Positions 48,600 through 59,301 of a stretch of 64,000 nt of DNA are shown one piece after another (position 1 is the stretch's first letter; each line of letters opens with the position of its first letter). The translations under genes and the position numbers were made by a program. Source of the DNA: a virus (taxonomy: Duplodnaviria > Caudoviricetes); the IMG/VR virus record IMGVR_UViG_3300042975_000096. One strand, written 5' to 3'. Under the pieces are notes generated by a model. That model was given only the letters and a program-made list of their open reading frames with translations. It was not told the DNA's origin and did not search any database.

Positions 48600-49067
48600 T
48601 TAAATTCCATACGCAAGGAATTTATAATGTAAATATTCTTTTATTGCAGAATCACTTTCAAACATTTTTTCTATCTGGTTGATTATGAAATCTTCAGCAT
48701 TCATTATTTCTATTGCTGAATTAACACGTGCTATTTCTATGCAATTTTCAGAAGAAATTAATTGATTTCCTGTATGTACAGGAATTATTTTTTCTTTTTT
48801 TAAAAAATGTATTTTTGGAAAAACCATATCTGTAGAAGATAAAACTATTTTTGACCCCTTGATAACAAAATCAATAACATTTATTTTGATAACATCCTCT
48901 AAATTATATATGTCAAATTTTTCCATACTCGTTGAAACTGATGATAAACTGCATCGAAGTATTCCTGCATAATAATCATTATCAATAACTATACGGAATT
49001 TATCTTTTGGCTTTATAAAATTGTTATCACAAATAGAATTTTTATTTAGCCTTACTCTAGTTATCAT
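48600..49067 (-). CDS. G-[ILV]-tail family protein, EYLHYKF subfamily
   Basis: Ends EYLHYKFLAYGI. Confidence 0.7.
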   Translation of the reverse strand: MITRVRLNKNSICDNNFIKPKDKFRIVIDNDYYAGILRCSLSSVSTSMEKFDIYNLEDVIKINVIDFVIKGSKIVLSSTDMVFPKIHFLKKEKIIPVHTGNQLISSENCIEIARVNSAIEIMNAEDFIINQIEKMFESDSAIKEYLHYKFLAYGI

Positions 49068-49069
49068 TT

Positions 49070-49600
49070 TTATATACCTCTTATTTTAAATATGTTTTTC
49101 TTAATATGACCAAATAATTCTTCGCTATTATTAATAAAAATAAACATATTTTGAATTTCTCTATATGCATATTCTAAACATTCTTTGCTTATTTCATTTT
49201 TTGCTTCATGATTGTCATTTAAATAATTGGAATATTGAACGCTTTTTTTTGATTCATTAATACGCTTATTCAAATAATTTTTGAATCGGTTTTTGTATTC
49301 TTCTTCTGTTTCTGTTTCCACTTTCCAAACATCAGTTGCATCTACTTTTATTTGATATTTATAATTGCTATCATCTTCATTAACAAGATTGTATGCATGT
49401 AAACTGAAATTGATATAAGGATTTGTCTTATTAATACCTAGTAGCCAATCAACATCATCAGCAAAACAAGTATAAGTTGTCATCCTAGTGTATAATTGAA
49501 TATTATCTTTTCCAATTTCTTGATTGTTAGGGAAAATTAAAAAATGCATATCTGTATTTGTTTCTTTTAATATGCGTATTTTGAATTTATTTGCATACAT
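49070..49600 (-). CDS. G-[ILV]-tail family protein
   Basis: Ends IFKIRGI. Confidence 0.7.
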   Translation of the reverse strand: MYANKFKIRILKETNTDMHFLIFPNNQEIGKDNIQLYTRMTTYTCFADDVDWLLGINKTNPYINFSLHAYNLVNEDDSNYKYQIKVDATDVWKVETETEEEYKNRFKNYLNKRINESKKSVQYSNYLNDNHEAKNEISKECLEYAYREIQNMFIFINNSEELFGHIKKNIFKIRGI

Positions 49601-49604
49601 ATGT

Positions 49605-50042
49605 TTATATCCCCTTTATCATGAAACTCTTTCGTTTCATTGTTTGTACGATTTTATCTTCATATACAATTTTAATTACTTCTTGTTTTTCAGATATTAT
49701 CTTTTTTGAAATTGATTCTCGTAAATGTTTTGGTTCTAATGATTTTAATAATAAATGTGATTCAAAAGATAAATCGGATGCTTTAATTAAATTTTCTATT
49801 TCTTTTTCTGTTACATTATTCGTTCCTTTGTTTGACATCGCATATTCTAATTTTAATTCTATATCTTTACTAAAAATACTTTTGCCAAAAACTCTCAATG
49901 TGATTATCATTATCATACAAATCCAAGTGTTATTAATTCCAATATAACATACAACATCTTCATTAAAATCATCATAAGTTATTTTTGTTGTCATAACATT
50001 TTTATTGCGTGTGACATTATATGTTATATTTTTATTTCGCAT
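49605..50042 (-). CDS. G-[ILV]-tail family protein
   Basis: Ends SFMIKGI. Confidence 0.7.
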   Translation of the reverse strand: MRNKNITYNVTRNKNVMTTKITYDDFNEDVVCYIGINNTWICMIMIITLRVFGKSIFSKDIELKLEYAMSNKGTNNVTEKEIENLIKASDLSFESHLLLKSLEPKHLRESISKKIISEKQEVIKIVYEDKIVQTMKRKSFMIKGI

Positions 50043-50063
50043 TTAATAATACCTTCTTTGAAA

Positions 50064-50573
50064 TTATAGTCCTTCTCTTAAAAATATCTTTTTTTGTATT
50101 TCTCTATTAACAATTTCAGAAAACATTGCCACATTTAATACTTGTTTAATATTATCATGTAATAACATATATACTGTACTTGATTTATCAGTTTCTTTAC
50201 TTTTTGTTTCGTAATCTGAACGATAAATTAACGATTCGCAATCATTAATCATAGTATCTACTTGCCATGAAAAATGAGCTTTACAAGCATTACAATCTAA
50301 GTAGTTTTTGATTATTTGCTTATCATATGTCATTAATTCAATCCCTCGCAAAGGATATGCTTTATTCTGTATCCCTTGTTTTATCATTGTTAAATCGCAT
50401 TTTACATATGACATCGTTATACGTGTAATTAGATGAAATTCTTCTATCACTTCTACATTAAAATTAATGTGTCCACTACACCATTCATTTGAAAACATGA
50501 CTTTAAAATTAAATCTAGCAAAATAATCATGAATATTTGTTTTTGAATCTTCAGGCATTATTTTTAATATCAT
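50064..50573 (-). CDS. G-[ILV]-tail family protein
   Basis: Ends IFLREGL. Confidence 0.7.
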   Translation of the reverse strand: MILKIMPEDSKTNIHDYFARFNFKVMFSNEWCSGHINFNVEVIEEFHLITRITMSYVKCDLTMIKQGIQNKAYPLRGIELMTYDKQIIKNYLDCNACKAHFSWQVDTMINDCESLIYRSDYETKSKETDKSSTVYMLLHDNIKQVLNVAMFSEIVNREIQKKIFLREGL

Positions 50574-50574
50574 A

Positions 50575-51015
50575 TTATAATCCTCGAATGTTAAATTCCT
50601 TTTTCCTTATAATCGTTTGTATACAATCATTTTGATAAAAATCAGTTAACATGTCTTTTGTTCTATAAAATGCGTTCCTTGCTAAACGCTTGTTTTTTGT
50701 TTTCTTATATCCTATATAAGAACGAAAAAAGCTATCGATTTTATCATTAATCATTATTTTTGATATATGTCTCCTACGTTCGTCTGTATCATTCCGAAGA
50801 AATGAAAAAAATAATGTCGTATTTGTTGAAAATGCTGTTGTTGAATAATATGATTTCGGCTCATATTCTGTTTTAATAGTAATTTGTGTGCTCGTATTAT
50901 CGATTTTTATAACTACTGAAGCTTTCAACTTTGAATCATCCAAACTAATTAAAGTTAATCTTGTATATCCATAGTCTTCATATTCTGTGTTTATCTTAAA
51001 ACAGCCGTTTTTCAT
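50575..51015 (-). CDS. G-[ILV]-tail family protein, KEF subfamily
   Basis: Ends KEFNIRGL; start moved to the ATG after GAGGTG because the longer ORF overlaps the promoter. Confidence 0.7.
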   Translation of the reverse strand: MKNGCFKINTEYEDYGYTRLTLISLDDSKLKASVVIKIDNTSTQITIKTEYEPKSYYSTTAFSTNTTLFFSFLRNDTDERRRHISKIMINDKIDSFFRSYIGYKKTKNKRLARNAFYRTKDMLTDFYQNDCIQTIIRKKEFNIRGL

Positions 51016-51051
51016 TTCTTTCACCTCTAAGCATACTTCTCTATAATTAAA

Positions 51052-51080
51052 ATGATACCACATTTTTTTCATTTTGTCAA
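51052..51080 (-). promoter_or_regulatory. Sigma-A type early promoter
   Basis: TTGACA-N17-TATCAT with TG; flanked by the inverted repeat aaaatgatacca/tggtatcatttt. Confidence 0.7.
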
Positions 51081-51116
51081 TGATTTTTAAAATATGGTAT
51101 CATTTTTGCTTCTATA

Positions 51117-51695
51117 TTAAATTGCTTCTTTAAAAAAGATTCTATGTTTCACGGTTTCAACTATTTTCTTGTTTTCAAATAAATCAATCAGCATTAGTTT
51201 TATGGTTTTTATGTCATTATTGATTTCATCTTCTTTCTTATTAAAATAATAATAGTCTTCATTCATTCTTCTTTCGCTTATTTTTGTTTGTGCTATGTTT
51301 TTAATGGTATCAATAATATGATTGTTCGTTAGTTCACTGTCATAATGATTATCATTCGTAAATGTTAATAAAAGCGGACTCATATCATTTAAGTCTACAT
51401 TATACCATTCTCGCTCTTGTTCATGATAAATTAGTTCATAATTTAAAAATATTTTGAATCGATTACGACTAATTAATATAGGACAAAAAAATGAACTATA
51501 TCTTGCAGTTCCTTCTATATTCATAACTAATTCTTTGCATAAATCTTTCGCAAAATGATTTGATTTGTCATTAACATAATAATCATGTAATGAAAAATCA
51601 GGTTCTTCATATCCACTATCAAAATGTATTAATATGTCATAATCTTTCGCAGCTAATGTAATGTTGTTATTCATGTTCATCATGTTCAATACCAC
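51117..51695 (-). CDS. G-[ILV]-tail family protein (Ala variant)
   Basis: Ends IFFKEAI. Confidence 0.7.
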   Translation of the reverse strand: MVLNMMNMNNNITLAAKDYDILIHFDSGYEEPDFSLHDYYVNDKSNHFAKDLCKELVMNIEGTARYSSFFCPILISRNRFKIFLNYELIYHEQEREWYNVDLNDMSPLLLTFTNDNHYDSELTNNHIIDTIKNIAQTKISERRMNEDYYYFNKKEDEINNDIKTIKLMLIDLFENKKIVETVKHRIFFKEAI

Positions 51696-51697
51696 CT

Positions 51698-52111
51698 TTA
51701 TAATCCATATCTTAAAAATTTATAATGTAAATATTCATTTATACTAGATTCTTTCCCAAATATACTTGCAATAAGTGCTGTGATTTCAATTTTAGCACGA
51801 ATACCTACATCTATATGCGATTCTTTTGAAACAGTCTTCTTTGATAATTCAAAAAAGCTTTTTCTCATAAATTTAAATCTAGGAAATACTTGACCTGCAT
51901 ATAAAAACGCCTGTTCCTTTCTTAAATAAAATGCGTTTTTATCTATCGTAATGGTTAATTCATCATCTTTAGTGAAAATATCATCGCTTGGCTTTAATAT
52001 GCATTCAATTCCTCCTAAATATAATGAATCATTGACTGTAATGAAAAATTTACTGTAGGGACTTATTTTTTTATGACCTTTTAAAGGAATTATTTTTACT
52101 GATTTAATCAT
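51698..52111 (-). CDS. G-[ILV]-tail family protein, EYLHYKF subfamily
   Basis: Ends EYLHYKFLRYGL. Confidence 0.7.
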   Translation of the reverse strand: MIKSVKIIPLKGHKKISPYSKFFITVNDSLYLGGIECILKPSDDIFTKDDELTITIDKNAFYLRKEQAFLYAGQVFPRFKFMRKSFFELSKKTVSKESHIDVGIRAKIEITALIASIFGKESSINEYLHYKFLRYGL

Positions 52112-52114
52112 TGT

Positions 52115-52570
52115 TTACAACCCCTTTAAATTAAATTCCTTTCGTTTGATTATATTCATTATCTTTTCGCCAATTATTTCATGATACAAACGACCTATTT
52201 CATCAAATGCTTGATTTGCAATGGCTTTATATTCAGTACGCGAAAATTTAGAGTTTACATAATGCTTTAATTCTAATGCATCATTTCCTAGCACCTTGTT
52301 AAATATATCATAATTATCATTGTCTCCATCACTTAATTCTAGCATTAATGTTGATATTTTGTTTAATAGATAATTGTTCTTGGACATTTCAAACTGATTC
52401 ATTACATGTATTTTAATGAAAATTCGATTGTATTCATATTTCTTATAATCATATGGATTTATAATTATAGTTATTCTTCCTACTAATTTGGGATGCTCTT
52501 TTGACTGCAATAATATCTCTATTTGCTTTTTATTATTGCTAAAAACATTCCAATCAAACGTTTCTTTCAT
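52115..52570 (-). CDS. G-[ILV]-tail family protein
   Basis: Ends EFNLKGL; paralog of 53597. Confidence 0.7.
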   Translation of the reverse strand: MKETFDWNVFSNNKKQIEILLQSKEHPKLVGRITIIINPYDYKKYEYNRIFIKIHVMNQFEMSKNNYLLNKISTLMLELSDGDNDNYDIFNKVLGNDALELKHYVNSKFSRTEYKAIANQAFDEIGRLYHEIIGEKIMNIIKRKEFNLKGL

Positions 52571-52571
52571 T

Positions 52572-53021
52572 TTATAAACCCCTAACTCTAAATTCTTTAT
52601 TTCTTATAATTTTCACCAATTCTTTATTAGTACATATATAGTTTAATATGTCTTTCATCATTTTTATCGTTTTTTTCGCTTCTGATTCGCTTTTCGTTCC
52701 ATCATATCTACTTAAATACCGTCTTAAATTGTCAATGCTATTATTTATTTTTTCTTTCGTAATCTTTTTTCGTTCTTCTAAATCATTTTCTATGGAAAAA
52801 AATAATGATACTTCTGAACCAATCGAAATTGTATTTTCTTCATTTGTAAATGGAACATCAATATTAATAAAAGTCCTATTTCCATGCGCAAAAATTTTTA
52901 CATTTATATATGCACATGAATTAATTTTATCCATACTAGTCACATGCATTTGTAAATTGTTTTTAACTTCAAATTCTTTTTCGATTTTAAATTCCCTAGA
53001 AATCATTTTTTTCACCACCAC
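52572..53021 (-). CDS. G-[ILV]-tail family protein, KEF subfamily
   Basis: Ends KEFRVRGL; paralog of 54061. Confidence 0.7.
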   Translation of the reverse strand: MVVKKMISREFKIEKEFEVKNNLQMHVTSMDKINSCAYINVKIFAHGNRTFINIDVPFTNEENTISIGSEVSLFFSIENDLEERKKITKEKINNSIDNLRRYLSRYDGTKSESEAKKTIKMMKDILNYICTNKELVKIIRNKEFRVRGL

Positions 53022-53040
53022 TATATTTATTCATGATATA

Positions 53041-53069
53041 ATTATATCATTTTTTATTCCTTTTGTCAA
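53041..53069 (-). promoter_or_regulatory. Sigma-A type early promoter
   Basis: TTGACA-N17-TATAAT with TG. Confidence 0.85.
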
Positions 53070-53162
53070 TGATTTTTAAAAAATAAAAGCTAACAAAACT
53101 TTTAAAAACTAACATAATTTATGTTAATTAATAAAACCTTTGTTAGCTAAATTTCACAACAA

Positions 53163-53594
53163 TTACAATCCGTATTTGGTAAATTTATAATGTAAGTATT
53201 CTTTTATGCTTTCTTCTTTTCCAAATATACTCGCTACTAATGTTAGAATTTCAATCCACGCACGAGTCCTTGGTGATGTTTCTGAATCTTTCGGCGGTTT
53301 CCTTTTCGATAATTCAAAAAAACTCTTTGCCATAAATAGAAGGGGCGGTATTGCTTGACGGTCTGATAAAAACATTTTTTCCCTCTTTAAATAAAACGAT
53401 TCTGGCTCTACTGTTATGGTTATCGAATCTTCTTTTAGAAAACGTTCGTCAATATTAGATTCTGGTTGTAATACACAATCTATTCTGCCTTTATATTTAG
53501 AATCATTTACCATAATCATAAAATGGCTATATGGTTTTATCTTCTTATCACAACACCCACTATAAAAATCTACTATCTTTTCTACCTTTATCAT
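53163..53594 (-). CDS. G-[ILV]-tail family protein, EYLHYKF subfamily
   Basis: Ends EYLHYKFTKYGL. Confidence 0.7.
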   Translation of the reverse strand: MIKVEKIVDFYSGCCDKKIKPYSHFMIMVNDSKYKGRIDCVLQPESNIDERFLKEDSITITVEPESFYLKREKMFLSDRQAIPPLLFMAKSFFELSKRKPPKDSETSPRTRAWIEILTLVASIFGKEESIKEYLHYKFTKYGL

Positions 53595-53596
53595 TT

Positions 53597-54058
53597 TTAT
53601 AGCCCCTTTAATTGAAACATCTTTTTTTGGATTACATTAATTATTTTGTTTCCAATTATTTCAGAATATAATTCTTTCACCTCGTTAAGTGCTTCTTCTG
53701 CAATGTATTCTGATGCCGTATGCGAAAATCTAACGGTTGTATTGCTTTCTAATTCTGACATATCATCTTGAGTCACTTGTTTCAATACACCAATGTTATC
53801 GTCATAACCGTTATTTAGTTCCAATATTAATGTCGAATGTTTACTTAATACATTCTTTTTTTTATAACCAACATTTTCAAATTGATTTGTTGTTTGAATC
53901 TTCATAAGTACATGATTATATGTATTGTCTATATTATAGGGGTCAAATTTTAGGTTTATCGTTCCAATTAAATCTTTATATGCTTTTGATTTCAATGTAA
54001 TTGTCATTTCATAATTACTGTTATAATATAAAATGCTCCAATGAAACTTTCTTTCCAT
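53597..54058 (-). CDS. G-[ILV]-tail family protein
   Basis: Ends MFQLKGL. Confidence 0.7.
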   Translation of the reverse strand: MERKFHWSILYYNSNYEMTITLKSKAYKDLIGTINLKFDPYNIDNTYNHVLMKIQTTNQFENVGYKKKNVLSKHSTLILELNNGYDDNIGVLKQVTQDDMSELESNTTVRFSHTASEYIAEEALNEVKELYSEIIGNKIINVIQKKMFQLKGL

Positions 54059-54060
54059 TG

Positions 54061-54504
54061 TTATAATCCCCTTAATCTAAATTCTTTGTCATTTAATATT
54101 TGCCATATTTTTTTGCTGACGTATATTTCATCTAACATGATTTTTATATTATTCATAACTTTTTTTGATTCTGCTTCTTTTTTCGTTTTTTCAAATCGCA
54201 ACAATGATTCTTTTAATTCTATTGTATTTTTTCTAATTTGTTTGCTCATGATTTCTTTTCGCATTTTTGAATCTTGTTCTTGATTGAAAAATAACCACAG
54301 TTGCGTACTTATTAAGGTTCTGTGACTTTCGCCTAAAAACGTGAAGTAGTTTTGTATGTCAATCGATATTGTTATCGTTTCATCATGAGAAAATTTCATA
54401 TTTATATATCCACATAAATTGTCTTTCGCCATACTATCAATACGTATTCTCGCACGATGTTTCTTTTCAAACTCTACATCGATTTTAATCTTTTCACATT
54501 CCAT
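54061..54504 (-). CDS. G-[ILV]-tail family protein, KEF subfamily
   Basis: Ends KEFRLRGL. Confidence 0.7.
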   Translation of the reverse strand: MECEKIKIDVEFEKKHRARIRIDSMAKDNLCGYINMKFSHDETITISIDIQNYFTFLGESHRTLISTQLWLFFNQEQDSKMRKEIMSKQIRKNTIELKESLLRFEKTKKEAESKKVMNNIKIMLDEIYVSKKIWQILNDKEFRLRGL

Positions 54505-54538
54505 TCGCTACTCACCTCACTTGCTTATTCATAATATA

Positions 54539-54567
54539 AGTATACTATATTTTATGACATTTGTCAA
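54539..54567 (-). promoter_or_regulatory. Sigma-A type early promoter
   Basis: TTGACA-N17-TATACT. Confidence 0.75.
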
Positions 54568-54727
54568 CAAATTTTAAAAAAATATAATAAAAAAACTAAC
54601 ATGATTCTTAACAATGCTAGTTTATGGTTAGTGTGTAGTTTTATATTATATTTTTATGCAAGTCGCGATGAAATATAAAGTGTAAAATTTTCGTTGTTCA
54701 GCAAAAGTAACCGGGTTCCGGTGGGTT

Positions 54728-55000
54728 TGATATTTTACTTATTTTTTAATTATAATTGGATGATATTTTACTTATTTTTTAATTATATTCAGATGTTTTT
54801 TAAACTTGATATTGAAAGGTTTTTTATATGTTTTTTAGATAATTTTTAAACTTGATATTTTACTTATTTTTTAATTATAATTGGATGATATTAAAAGACT
54901 TTTTTAAAAAATTTTATACTGTTTTTTATAATTATATTTGGATTGATATTAGATGTTTTTTAGATAATTTTTATATGTTTTTTAAACTTGATTTTATACT
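54728..55000. repeat. Non-coding mosaic of short direct repeats
   Basis: gatattttacttattttttaattata x3, ttttaaacttgat x3, atgttttttagataattttt x2. Confidence 0.8.
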
Positions 55001-55085
55001 ATATGATAATTTTAATTAAGATATAGTTTTCTATGTTCCATTTTTTGTATAATACACATCATTATATGTTCTAATTTTTGTATTC

Positions 55086-55535
55086 TTATATTCCTATATA
55101 GGATTGAATTAAATATTTCAATTCCAATATAAAATCATTTTTATGTTTATAAATAAAATCACTATAATTACAAAGCAACATTCTTTTCATATTCTTATCT
55201 TCTGTATTAAGTCCTAAATAAGATTCTTTTATATCTGCCTGGATATTACTTAATTGTTTATTTATATTCCCCTTAATCTTTTCTATAGGTTTATAACAAT
55301 CCACACATATAATAGCATCATAAGAATATATATGATACTTTTTTTCCCTAGTAATATTATCTCCCAAAAATATAGCAGACATAATAGTATCATTATCAGA
55401 ATTATATATATAGTCAATATGAATAAAGTTATTATTCTCATATACGATTAAATCTTCATTCAGCAAAACAAAAGATTTATTTATGAGTGATTCATGAATA
55501 AACATTTTTTCCAACAGGTATTTTTTATCTTCCAT
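55086..55535 (-). CDS. G-[ILV]-tail family protein
   Basis: Ends IQSYIGI. Confidence 0.7.
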   Translation of the reverse strand: MEDKKYLLEKMFIHESLINKSFVLLNEDLIVYENNNFIHIDYIYNSDNDTIMSAIFLGDNITREKKYHIYSYDAIICVDCYKPIEKIKGNINKQLSNIQADIKESYLGLNTEDKNMKRMLLCNYSDFIYKHKNDFILELKYLIQSYIGI

Positions 55536-55859
55536 TTTTTATTTTTTCCTTTCTAGTCATTTTTCACTTTTAAAAAAATGACAAATATTTTTTTCATCTT
55601 CTACGTTTTCTAAGACAAAAAATCGTTTTTACTTAGAATATTTGCTCCATCAAACTGTAAAAGATTATAATTTACACTCACGGTTCTTACATTTATTACA
55701 GGAACTATATAATTAAGATATAGTTCCTTTTTACAGTCTATGTTCTTTGATGGTTGATAATTAGCGGATAAGTGCAAATATGAATAAAAAAATAAAAAAT
55801 AGGTTATTTTTTACTAAAATAATCATTTTACAATCCTTACGGGCGGTAAATAATTTTTA

Positions 55860-56408
55860 TTATAAAGCATTTAAATTAAACAAATCTTTCTTTACACGTG
55901 CCATATCAAAATACGCAATTTTATCACAAATCATTGCGCATAATGATTTAACTATCCATGCAGGTGGCAATTGTATACTGCTTTTATTTAATAATGACTC
56001 ATTATAATAAAACTCATGATTCATTTGCGTTGTATAATAGTTGAATAACGTATTACTATCCATTGTGTATTTATGAAAGGATTGTTCATCAGCGAATCCG
56101 ACATAAAATATATATTTTTTATTAAGATGATTTCTATAAAAAAAGGAATAAATATGGATTGTATTTCCTTTTTTCTTTTTCGTTTCCCAATAGAATATTG
56201 TTTCTACGTCCGCATGATAACGTTTAAGGCATTTCGGTTCAAAATATTTACCTGTAGCGTGTAACTCTCTATAAAAGGTCATATCAATGTCTTTTTCCGT
56301 ACACATATAACCTTCATAACGAATACAGGATTTATTTGTTATGAATCCCGTATTTAATACAGTCATTTTCAATTGATTTGTTTCTATATGACCCTCTAAA
56401 TTTAACAT
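55860..56408 (-). CDS. G-[ILV]-tail family protein (Ala variant)
   Basis: Ends LFNLNAL; paralog of 56429. Confidence 0.7.
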   Translation of the reverse strand: MLNLEGHIETNQLKMTVLNTGFITNKSCIRYEGYMCTEKDIDMTFYRELHATGKYFEPKCLKRYHADVETIFYWETKKKKGNTIHIYSFFYRNHLNKKYIFYVGFADEQSFHKYTMDSNTLFNYYTTQMNHEFYYNESLLNKSSIQLPPAWIVKSLCAMICDKIAYFDMARVKKDLFNLNAL

Positions 56409-56428
56409 GATGATTATTCCCTCTTTAA

Positions 56429-56995
56429 TTATAATGCATTATGATTAAACAATTCCTTCTTTATATTATCCACATCAAAACGAGATGATTTATCATAAAT
56501 GACTCCACACATTAATTTTACTAGCCATATCGGTGGCACGTCAAATTGTTTTAATGGAGAATTATATATAGATGATTTATTATAATAAGAAGGTTCAATA
56601 TTTACCTCTTTATCGCGCTGATTCATATAATAATTGAATATTGCCTTAGTGCTCACCATATTATCATAGAACACTTGTTTGTTAGGGAAAGAAAAAGAAA
56701 TATGATATGTTTTATTTAGATAATCCCTATGAAAAAGGGCATCTAGGCGAATAGAATTTATATTGTGGTCTTGTTCTGTTGGTTCATAGACAAATTTCAA
56801 GGTCATGTGAGTACGATACTGCTTAAATTGTCTAGGTTCAATATAGTTAATAGATATTTGCAAAATCTTACTGAAAGCCGTATCTAATGAATTTTTCGCA
56901 TTAATTTTCAATTCATTATAAACACGTTCTTTATCGGTAATGAATTTTGTTTCTGTGACCGTTACATTACTAGGATTAAGTTCTATATTTCTCAT
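56429..56995 (-). CDS. G-[ILV]-tail family protein (Ala variant)
   Basis: Ends LFNHNAL. Confidence 0.7.
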   Translation of the reverse strand: MRNIELNPSNVTVTETKFITDKERVYNELKINAKNSLDTAFSKILQISINYIEPRQFKQYRTHMTLKFVYEPTEQDHNINSIRLDALFHRDYLNKTYHISFSFPNKQVFYDNMVSTKAIFNYYMNQRDKEVNIEPSYYNKSSIYNSPLKQFDVPPIWLVKLMCGVIYDKSSRFDVDNIKKELFNHNAL

Positions 56996-57010
56996 TTATC
57001 TGCTCCATTT

Positions 57011-57412
57011 CTAAATAATACCGATATTTAAAAAAGCATAATGCTTTAATTCTTCTATAGGAAATGTTTGAAATATACGAATCAATTTATGAACAAAATC
57101 GGCATCAAATAACGGATTTGATGCATCGATTAAATGATTTCTAAATTCCTTTTGAAATGCAGAATCACAATCACAATAATTAAGGGAACACCAATGTGTA
57201 ATCCATTTTTCATTATATGGATGGATTAATGCAAAATACGATTGAGAAAACATTTTTTTTCGTGTAACGGGAGATAATTGATGAAATATATTTATATTGT
57301 TTTCAAATAGAACATCTATTCTGTATGGCATATGATTAATTCTAATTTGAAAAGATAAATCTATCACCAATTCGCTAGAATCACTAATCTCACATGAATA
57401 AATTTCAATCAT
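57011..57412 (-). CDS. G-[ILV]-tail family protein
   Basis: Ends AFLNIGII. Confidence 0.7.
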   Translation of the reverse strand: MIEIYSCEISDSSELVIDLSFQIRINHMPYRIDVLFENNINIFHQLSPVTRKKMFSQSYFALIHPYNEKWITHWCSLNYCDCDSAFQKEFRNHLIDASNPLFDADFVHKLIRIFQTFPIEELKHYAFLNIGII

Positions 57413-57429
57413 GAATTAATTCCCTTCTG

Positions 57430-57855
57430 TCACATCACGATAATGCCTAAATTCATAAAAAAATCATGTTTGAATTTTTTCAATGAGAATTTCATTAATT
57501 CCAATCGAAGTTCTTCTGCAAAAAACTCTGCTTCTTTGCACTCCAAATTTTTTACATACATGCTATGCTTGCAATTTTCCAAAAACATTTTTTTATTTTC
57601 TAGATTTTCTAGTGATAAATACGGAATAATAACAGAAACAACGGGTGCTTCAACATCATTATCATTAACTTTATTTAAGGATATATGTGAAACAAAAAGC
57701 GGATTTTCTAGTATACGATTTTGATTCAATAGAAAAAGGTTATAATTAAAATCCAAACGATAATGATAGTTGTGATTCATAATTGTTATTTTTGAACCTA
57801 TCGCACAAGAAAAAATGCCATTATGATTCATTTTAAATGAAGCAATATGATACAT
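57430..57855 (-). CDS. G-[ILV]-tail family protein (extended tail)
   Basis: Ends FFMNLGIIVM. Confidence 0.7.
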   Translation of the reverse strand: MYHIASFKMNHNGIFSCAIGSKITIMNHNYHYRLDFNYNLFLLNQNRILENPLFVSHISLNKVNDNDVEAPVVSVIIPYLSLENLENKKMFLENCKHSMYVKNLECKEAEFFAEELRLELMKFSLKKFKHDFFMNLGIIVM

Positions 57856-58632
57856 TCAAACCCCTTCTCTCGAAAACAATAATCGAATATAATTTTGTTC
57901 CAATGTGGGGATTTTTGTTTTTAAATATTCAATCAAATCTAATTTTACACGATTCAATATACGCATTTTGAAATCCCTTTTTGGCAGATAGGGATTATCT
58001 GAACCAATCGTAAATTGGTTATTTTCTATAGTGGAATGAATGAAATCATTTAAGGCAATAGAAAAATTCATATCTTCAAAAATAGGAAATGCTTGTTGTG
58101 AGGACTTAGATGGAAATCTAAGAAATTTATGTTGATAATCAAAAACAGAAGCATTTATCTCTCTATCATATAAAATGTAAAATAATTTTTTATATCGTTC
58201 ATTTCGACTAAAATGATGATTAGAACTTTTTTCCACAATATTTGCAAATGAGCTAACATCAAATCCATATGAACCATTTGATTGATAAAGAAAAGGGTCT
58301 TTAATTAAGTCCTGCAATTCGTCAAAATCTTCTTCATGATGCAAATTGATGTTCAGTATATCCATGCTTATTCTGCCCTCTGCAAATGCATATTTCTGTA
58401 CGTTTTTGTTTTTACCATCCTTACAATATGCTTTCAAGCTGTTTATAATAGATACAACATCTGAAAAATTTAAATAACTAGGATATTCGTTATATTTCAT
58501 GTTTTCCGCATACGCTATGTTTTCTGAAAACAGACTGTTGTTCTTATATAAGAAACCTTCATTGATTACGGCTAACATGGTATAGCCTTTATCTCGAAAC
58601 AAAAACATTTGTTGTGATATATATGAACTCAT
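57856..58632 (-). CDS. G-[ILV]-tail family protein (long)
   Basis: Ends LFSREGV. Confidence 0.7.
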   Translation of the reverse strand: MSSYISQQMFLFRDKGYTMLAVINEGFLYKNNSLFSENIAYAENMKYNEYPSYLNFSDVVSIINSLKAYCKDGKNKNVQKYAFAEGRISMDILNINLHHEEDFDELQDLIKDPFLYQSNGSYGFDVSSFANIVEKSSNHHFSRNERYKKLFYILYDREINASVFDYQHKFLRFPSKSSQQAFPIFEDMNFSIALNDFIHSTIENNQFTIGSDNPYLPKRDFKMRILNRVKLDLIEYLKTKIPTLEQNYIRLLFSREGV

Positions 58633-58647
58633 AACATTAAATTCTCC

Positions 58648-59298
58648 TTAAATTCCATTTGTTTTTCGATATTGTTTCAAAATCACTTGTTGCAGGGATG
58701 GCATTTTCGATTCTAAAAAAGCAGACATCTCTTTGTTGATTTGATTCAATCTATGTATTTTAAAACTATTTTCCATAAGTAATGCATCGTGATTCAATAA
58801 TGTTTCGGAATGGGTTTTACCTGTCAAACAATTATTTAGTGAGCTATTCATTTTTCGGCTTATTTTATACAATATATCCATAAGGTTAGTTGCTCCCTCA
58901 TATAATGAATAGGATTCATTTATTATTGTCCATGATAGTTTTTTTTGATAGGACTTTAATGATTCACAATTAAATGAATTTGTAAAGAAATTTGCAATAG
59001 TATCCCAACGCAAGGACTGATTTTTTGTGCTATTATAATTAATAAAAATTGCATTGTTTGATAATTCCAATACTCGTTTTTCTGTATATGCATTACAGAC
59101 CACATCATAACGATAACAGTCACATCGAATAGCTAATTTATGAGAACGAATAGGTAGTTTTTCATTTGTCCAAAAAGAAGAATAGGTTGTATCTACACGT
59201 GCTATACTATCATAAGTTATAAAAAACACAAACAGATATTTATATCCTAATGATTGATAAGGAACGCATTGTATAATAAGGTGCTCACTCGGTTTCAT
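58648..59298 (-). CDS. G-[ILV]-tail family protein (long)
   Basis: Ends YRKTNGI; paralog of 59998. Confidence 0.7.
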   Translation of the reverse strand: MKPSEHLIIQCVPYQSLGYKYLFVFFITYDSIARVDTTYSSFWTNEKLPIRSHKLAIRCDCYRYDVVCNAYTEKRVLELSNNAIFINYNSTKNQSLRWDTIANFFTNSFNCESLKSYQKKLSWTIINESYSLYEGATNLMDILYKISRKMNSSLNNCLTGKTHSETLLNHDALLMENSFKIHRLNQINKEMSAFLESKMPSLQQVILKQYRKTNGI

Positions 59299-59301
59299 TT
59301 T

